A stretch of 11,633 nt of DNA from the UHGV virus genome UHGV-0141986; one strand, written 5' to 3'. The first letter of the stretch is position 1. Every line of letters starts with the position of its first letter. This DNA comes from a virus. Of this stretch, positions 6,173-11,633 are shown piece by piece. The notes below the pieces were generated by a model. It was not told where the DNA came from. It made no database searches and saw nothing but the letters and a program-made list of their open reading frames with translations. The position numbers and the translations under genes are program-made.

Positions 6173-7168
6173 GTGACCGTGAGAGCACTACTGACCCCTG
6201 AAATTGCCCCGCGTATGGGGATCGTATTGTTCAGACCAGGTTCAGAGCTGATGCCCTTGTTTATGCAGGGGCGTGTCCTGCTGGAGCCTGAGCCGGAACG
6301 TTATTCATCTTTCGCCAGTGGTGCCGTTCCGGCGGCATCACAACCGCTGGCGGATGATCCTGCCGTTCGGGCCGTGTTCCGCAATGAGGCAGTGATCCGT
6401 CGTGCTGGTGGCGTGGAATGTCTTGAAAGCTGGTTACTTCGTGAAAAAGGCTGCCAGTGGCCTCATTCCGACTGGCACAGCGAGAATATGACAACAATGC
6501 GACACGCTCCGGGCGCAATCCGTCTGTGCTGGCACTGCGATAACCAGCTGCGCGATCAGTTCACGGAACGGCTGGAATCAATGGCAACGGATAACTGTGC
6601 CCGCTGGGTGTTGTCTGTTGTGCGTCGGGATCTCGGTTTTGATGACAGTCATGTTGTGACAATGCCGGAACTGTGCTGGTGGCTGATTCGTAATGATCTG
6701 GCGGATGCCTTACCGGAAAGTGCAGCCCGTAAGGCACTGAGATTACCGAAGCCTGTTGTGCCGTCTGTTACCCGGGAAAGTGACCTTGTGCCTTCGGTTC
6801 CTGCCACCAGCATCATCCAGGATAAGGCGAAAAAGGTGCTGGCGCTGAAAGTGGATCCGGAGTCGCCGGAGTCTTTTATGTTACGCCCAAAACGTCACCG
6901 CTGGGTTAATGAAAAGTACACGCGCTGGGTTAAGACGCAGCCGTGCGCATGTTGTGGAAAACCTGCTGATGATCCCCACCACCTGATAGGCCACGGTCAG
7001 GGGGGAATGGGTACAAAAGCGCATGACCTTTTTGTGTTGCCTTTGTGCAGAAAGCATCACGACGAGCTGCATGCGGATACCGTGGCATTTGAAGAGAAGT
7101 ATGGCTCCCAGCTGGAGCTGATATTTCGTTTTATCGATCGTGCGCTGGCAATAGGCGTACTGGCGTAA
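6173..7168 (+). CDS. DUF968-family prophage protein (YdfU-like) with C-terminal Cys/His cluster
   Basis: 331 aa. C-terminus CACCGKPADDPHHLIGHGQGGMGTKAHDLFVLPLCRKHHDELH. Position immediately upstream of Q matches ydfU in K-12 Qin (from memory). Start may be GTG 6173 or GTG 6179. Confidence 0.7.
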   Translation: MTVRALLTPEIAPRMGIVLFRPGSELMPLFMQGRVLLEPEPERYSSFASGAVPAASQPLADDPAVRAVFRNEAVIRRAGGVECLESWLLREKGCQWPHSDWHSENMTTMRHAPGAIRLCWHCDNQLRDQFTERLESMATDNCARWVLSVVRRDLGFDDSHVVTMPELCWWLIRNDLADALPESAARKALRLPKPVVPSVTRESDLVPSVPATSIIQDKAKKVLALKVDPESPESFMLRPKRHRWVNEKYTRWVKTQPCACCGKPADDPHHLIGHGQGGMGTKAHDLFVLPLCRKHHDELHADTVAFEEKYGSQLELIFRFIDRALAIGVLA

Positions 7169-7181
7169 GTGGAGAACGAGC

Positions 7182-7934
7182 ATGAACCTTGAAGCCTTAC
7201 CAAAATATTACTCCCCAAAATCTCCAAAATTGAGTGATGACGCACCGGCGACAGGCTCTGGTGGTTTAACGATTACGGATGTGATGGCTGCGCAGGGGAT
7301 GGTGCAATCGAAAGCACCGCTTGGGTTTGCCTTATTCCTGGCAAAAGTTGGTGTTCAGGATCCTCAGTTTGCGATTGAAGGTCTGCTCAATTACGCGATG
7401 GCACTGGATAACCCGACATTGAATAAATTGAGTGAAGAAACCCGGCTACAGATTATTCCTTACCTTGTGAATTTTGCCTTTGCTGATTATTCCAGGTCTG
7501 CGGCAAGTAAGGCTCGTTGTGAGCATTGTGCTGGTACTGGATTTCATAATGTATTGCGCGAAGTGGTGAAACACTCCAGAAGCGGGGAATCTGTTATCAA
7601 AGAAGAGTGGGTGAAGGAACTATGTCAGCATTGCCATGGTAAGGGAGAAGTCAGCACAGCGTGCAGAGGGTGTAAGGGTAAAGGTATTGTCCTGGATGAA
7701 AAAAGGACCCGGCTTCATGGCACACCTGTTTATAAGATTTGTGGGCGTTGCAATGGAAAACGGTTTAGTCGTTTACCAACCACACTGGCGCGGCATCATG
7801 TCCAGAAGCTGGTACCGGACCTGAGTGATTATCAGTGGTATAAAGGATATGCAAATGTCATTGATAAACTGGTTACAAAGTGCTGGCAGGAGGAATCTTA
7901 CGCTGAAGCACAATTGAGAAAGGTGACGAGATAA
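7182..7934 (+). CDS. Late-gene antitermination protein Q (QuuQ-like, phage 21/82 type)
   Basis: 250 aa with multiple Cys pairs (CEHCAGTG, CQHCHGKG, CRGCKGKG, CGRCNGKRF). GGAG at 7171-7174 precedes ATG 7182. Followed by a promoter-plus-terminator leader, as expected for Q. Confidence 0.85.
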   Translation: MNLEALPKYYSPKSPKLSDDAPATGSGGLTITDVMAAQGMVQSKAPLGFALFLAKVGVQDPQFAIEGLLNYAMALDNPTLNKLSEETRLQIIPYLVNFAFADYSRSAASKARCEHCAGTGFHNVLREVVKHSRSGESVIKEEWVKELCQHCHGKGEVSTACRGCKGKGIVLDEKRTRLHGTPVYKICGRCNGKRFSRLPTTLARHHVQKLVPDLSDYQWYKGYANVIDKLVTKCWQEESYAEAQLRKVTR

Positions 7935-7955
7935 GTGATTTTCGCCGAAGATGGC

Positions 7956-7983
7956 GACGTGATGCTTGCATTTTCAAAAAATA
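7956..7983 (+). promoter_or_regulatory. Candidate late promoter PR' (-35 TTGCAT 7956-7961, 16-bp spacer, -10 TAAAAT 7978-7983)
   Basis: Located directly downstream of Q and about 55 nt upstream of a strong intrinsic terminator, the arrangement expected for a Q-modified late leader. Hexamers identified by eye. Confidence 0.35.
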
Positions 7984-8038
7984 TGGATAAAATTTTTTCA
8001 ACGATGGGCTTTGTATACCCGAAGTTAAGAAAAAGTAG

Positions 8039-8066
8039 AAAACCCGCTGATGAGCGGGTTTTTGTG
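8039..8066 (+). terminator. Rho-independent terminator (tR'-like)
   Basis: AACCCGCT (8041-8048), loop GATG, AGCGGGTT (8053-8060), followed by TTTGTGCTTT. Confidence 0.65.
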
Positions 8067-8355
8067 CTTTAAATAGGGTAATAGAGATGTTGAATCTCAT
8101 TACGGGATTCATGTTAGTTTACTTATTATTTATCGGGTGACTTTGTTTTTTGCCTGATGTTTAAAATGTTTTCTTCCAGTACAATGTCCATAGATACAAT
8201 GAGTTTGCTTATTACATTATTAGCAGAGCTATTAAGGTCAAAGTACAGCATAAGCTTTTAAAGCCAATCAACCAGTCATCAAGACAGACGGGTTTATTCA
8301 TGAAAACTCTCCATGTTTGATTCGATGGGGCTTGAAGTTAAAGCTTTAATATAGC

Positions 8356-8568
8356 TCATGAAAGGTAAACATTGGCAGCTGATGGTCCACGCAGACCATT
8401 TATCCGGCAAAATTCCACGCGTAATCCGGTGGTAATTTCTTCTGCATCGCGGAGATTGAGCGCTGAAACATGAAGCTGGACATCGATACGACCATCGGAT
8501 GGGGTTATAAGACCTTTGCCGCTTTTGCCGTCAAAGGTTTTGAGAATTCCTGTCATTTTACGGGACAA
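8356..8568 (-). CDS. cspF: Cold-shock-like protein CspF/CspH type (lacks canonical RNP motifs); TTG start
   Basis: [70 protein letters not shown]. First codon on the minus strand is TTG (8568-8566), preceded by TAAGGA; first ATG is at 8556. Divergent from cspB as in Qin. Confidence 0.85.
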   Translation of the reverse strand: MSRKMTGILKTFDGKSGKGLITPSDGRIDVQLHVSALNLRDAEEITTGLRVEFCRINGLRGPSAANVYLS

Positions 8569-8867
8569 AAAATTCCTTAATACTGATAACTTGGCGCACT
8601 ATACACACGTTCCTGAAGAAAGCTATAGTTTTTTGATGGGGTTGAAGATGGCTGGATGTCTAAAATAAACATTGCTTCATATGTTCAACTATGCGTTAAT
8701 GATTGCGTCGGTTTGAAGAACAGACGATATACGAAGTAGTTTACTAAAGCAGTTCTCATTTCAGGTGTTATTCACTTATTCCTTCTTTGAGTCTCTCCAA
8801 TTAAGTACGAAGTCGTTTCTGTTATACAAGCCATTTATGCCGAAAGGCTCAAGTTAAGGAATGTAGA
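8569..8867. promoter_or_regulatory. Divergent cspF/cspB promoter region and long cspB 5' UTR
   Basis: 299-bp AT-rich intergenic region between divergent csp genes. Long structured 5' UTRs are a known property of cold-shock mRNAs. TAAGGA SD 7 nt before cspB ATG. Individual elements not resolved. Confidence 0.35.
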
Positions 8868-9083
8868 ATGTCAAATAAAATGACTGGTTTAGTAAAATGG
8901 TTTAACGCTGATAAAGGTTTTGGCTTTATTTCTCCTGTTGATGGTAGTAAAGATGTGTTTGTGCATTTTTCTGCGATTCAGAATGATAATTATCGAACCT
9001 TATTTGAAGGTCAAAAGGTTACCTTCTCTGTAGAGAGTGGTGCTAAAGGTCCTGCAGCAGCAAATGTCATAATTACTGATTAA
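8868..9083 (+). CDS. cspB: Cold-shock protein CspB-like (CspA family)
   Basis: [71 protein letters not shown] with RNP1 (KGFGFI) and RNP2 (VFVHF) motifs. Confidence 0.9.
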   Translation: MSNKMTGLVKWFNADKGFGFISPVDGSKDVFVHFSAIQNDNYRTLFEGQKVTFSVESGAKGPAAANVIITD

Positions 9084-9364
9084 AATTCATAGTTTGTCTG
9101 TATACGATAACGAAGAAGGCTGATGCCTGAGTGGAGATACAGACAGAGTGGTGAATATTGGATCTCTTTAATAAATAGTAAGGAGGTCCAATACATGAAA
9201 CAATGGCCAGCATATTTGGCAATAACTTAATCAGGAAAAGTATGCTAACCATTGTGGTGAAGTGCAGGTTTGCTGCATGAATAGTTTTACAGCAGAAGCT
9301 AACTGCTGGCATAGCAAAACAAAGTGCGTAAGTGGATGACTCCCACAAAAAGTACCACAATATT

Positions 9365-9391
9365 AAACCCGCTCAGGCGGGTTTTTTATTA
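9365..9391 (+). terminator. Rho-independent terminator
   Basis: AAACCCGC (9365-9372), loop TCAG, GCGGGTTT (9377-9384), then TTTTATT. Partly symmetric, so it may also serve the minus-strand small gene at 9447-9617. Confidence 0.6.
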
Positions 9392-9446
9392 TCTGCTTTA
9401 AATATGTTATTAAAATATAAAAAATACTTGTTACGAATAAAATCAA

Positions 9447-9617
9447 TCAAGCTACAGCTTTAAGATTTGTCTGGAATACTTTGTTGCAATGAGGGCAGAT
9501 CAAAAGGGCACCTTTTTGTATTCTTGAAAAACTGTGTTCTGACTCTTGGGTGCAGTTTGGGCAGGAACATTTAACGAGATAATTACGGCGTGATTTTGAG
9601 TCTTTACGTTCTGACAT
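9447..9617 (-). CDS. Small zinc-ribbon protein (56 aa, two CxxC pairs); possibly YnfQ/YmcF-like cold-shock-associated small protein
   Basis: MSERKDSKSRRNYLVKCSCPNCTQESEHSFSRIQKGALLICPHCNKVFQTNLKAVA. AGGAA SD 7 nt upstream of ATG at 9617-9615. Track start 9668 adds an implausible extension. Family assignment is from memory. Confidence 0.55.
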   Translation of the reverse strand: MSERKDSKSRRNYLVKCSCPNCTQESEHSFSRIQKGALLICPHCNKVFQTNLKAVA

Positions 9618-9835
9618 AGGCTTTTCCTGTATAAATGGCCGTATACAGTACACTAAATATGAAAACATATCTCGTATTATTATTTAACATATGATTTTCT
9701 TTTAAAATAATTACCCACATTTTTAATGTGTCTGTTTTTTAGCGCCGTTGAGAACAACGTTTGCTATAAAAACTACCCCATAGACTCCGATCTTTTCAAA
9801 CATATTGCACCATCTGTGTACATCGGGGTGAGGAT

Positions 9836-10051
9836 ATGAAATCAATGGATAAGTTAACAACAGGTATCGCCTATGGCACATCGGCTGGTAATGCTGGTTT
9901 CTGGGCATTGCAGTTACTCGATAAAGTAACTCCGTCACAGTGGGCTGCAATCGGTGTGCTGGGTAGTCTGGTATTTGGCTTGCTGACGTACCTGACAAAC
10001 CTTTATTTCAAGATTAAAGAAGACAAGCGTAAGGTTGCACGGGGAGAGTAA
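9836..10051 (+). CDS. Class II holin (phage-21 S-type pinholin) with dual-start motif MKSMDK
   Basis: [71 protein letters not shown]. Two transmembrane segments and a charged C-terminus. Starts at Met1 and Met4 mirror the S21 antiholin/holin pair. GAGG precedes the ATG. Confidence 0.9.
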   Translation: MKSMDKLTTGIAYGTSAGNAGFWALQLLDKVTPSQWAAIGVLGSLVFGLLTYLTNLYFKIKEDKRKVARGE

Positions 10052-10055
10052 TTCA

Positions 10056-10154
10056 ATGACACAAAACTATGAACTGATTGTGAAAGGGATCCGCAATTTT
10101 GAGAATAAAGTTGCGGTAACTGTAGCTCCTTTTCCTTCTCCGGCAACAAGTTGA
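10056..10154 (+). pseudogene. Truncated ydfR-like gene (33-codon N-terminal fragment)
   Basis: MTQNYELIVKGIRNFENKVAVTVAPFPSPATS-stop. The first ~24 residues match the YdfR N-terminus as I recall it; the sequence then diverges and terminates. GGAG at 10043-10046. Confidence 0.4.
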
Positions 10155-10340
10155 TTAGGGCTACGACTGCTTGCCTGAGTGCGATTAAATCAGCAAAAGT
10201 TTGTTTTGGTAGATTTGTGTAATCCATAGTCACCTCTGTGTTTATCAGATTGACATCCTCCTCCCGCCAGTGCCCATCACTGGTGAGGTAAGATTTAACA
10301 TATCCAGGGATTTGAAGCCGATAAATCCTGATAAATATCC

Positions 10341-11368
<1,028 letters not shown>

Positions 11369-11633
11369 ATTAATATTAAATCGGATTATTTTTAGCGCTG
11401 AATGTGAAATTTAAATAAAAAGGACTCTTCCATGAGTCAAAATCCTTGAAATCTTAAGGGTAAGATAAAAGGTCATTAGACAGAATGACACGTTTTATTA
11501 ATAAATAAAGCTATTGTTTCATTCGTGTGTTTTTCTTTACAAAAGTAATCCTTGCTATGGTTGGTTAATCATGCGTTAACACTGATGCCCCCTCCCAGGA
11601 GCAGGTTCGTGTAAAAACTATGCTTAATAGCAC

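Noticed and set aside
7873-8112. Minus-strand 79-aa ORF across the Q stop and tR' region
   Set aside because: It spans an intrinsic terminator and promoter region and is antisense to the Q 3' end; no SD.
8087-8140. 17-codon hydrophobic mini-ORF (MLNLITGFMLVYLLFIG) just after tR'
   Set aside because: No convincing SD, and too short to judge without conservation data.
9723-9998. Minus-strand 91-aa ORF overlapping the holin start
   Set aside because: Antisense to a confidently identified holin; no motif or SD.
10250-10255. Perfect TTGACA hexamer on the plus strand
   Set aside because: No acceptable -10 hexamer at 16-18 bp spacing downstream, so probably not a promoter.

Overview
This window reads as one contiguous slice of a lambdoid prophage of the Qin / phage-21 type from an Escherichia-like enterobacterium, oriented in the direction of rightward (early to late) transcription. 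All calls rest on reading the translations and motifs by eye; no database search was run, and family names are from memory. Order of modules: (1) 3' portion of a leftward cI-type repressor with an intact S24 autopeptidase domain but an apparent 1-nt frameshift; (2) a divergent operator/promoter region; (3) Cro-like (YdaS-type) and CII-like regulators; (4) a poorly resolved stretch with small ORFs, one of which is missing from the ORF track; (5) a replication-initiator gene carrying six dyad-symmetric iteron-like repeats in its linker; (6) a translationally coupled block encoding a PerC-like protein, a phage Dam methyltransferase, a LexA DNA-binding-domain-only protein and RusA; (7) a KilA-N protein preceded by a near-consensus SOS box; (8) a DUF968 protein and antiterminator Q with a PR'/tR'-like leader; (9) a cold-shock insertion (cspF/cspB) plus a small zinc-ribbon gene; (10) a lysis cassette of dual-start pinholin, SAR endolysin and Rz with embedded Rz1, interrupted by a truncated ydfR-like gene. 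The gene order from Q to Rz matches what I recall for E. coli K-12 Qin, but the early region is far more complete. I found no rRNA, tRNA, CRISPR array or IS element. The candidate I would rank highest for novelty is the pairing of a phage-encoded non-cleavable LexA-like DNA-binding protein with an SOS-box-controlled KilA-N gene two genes downstream.
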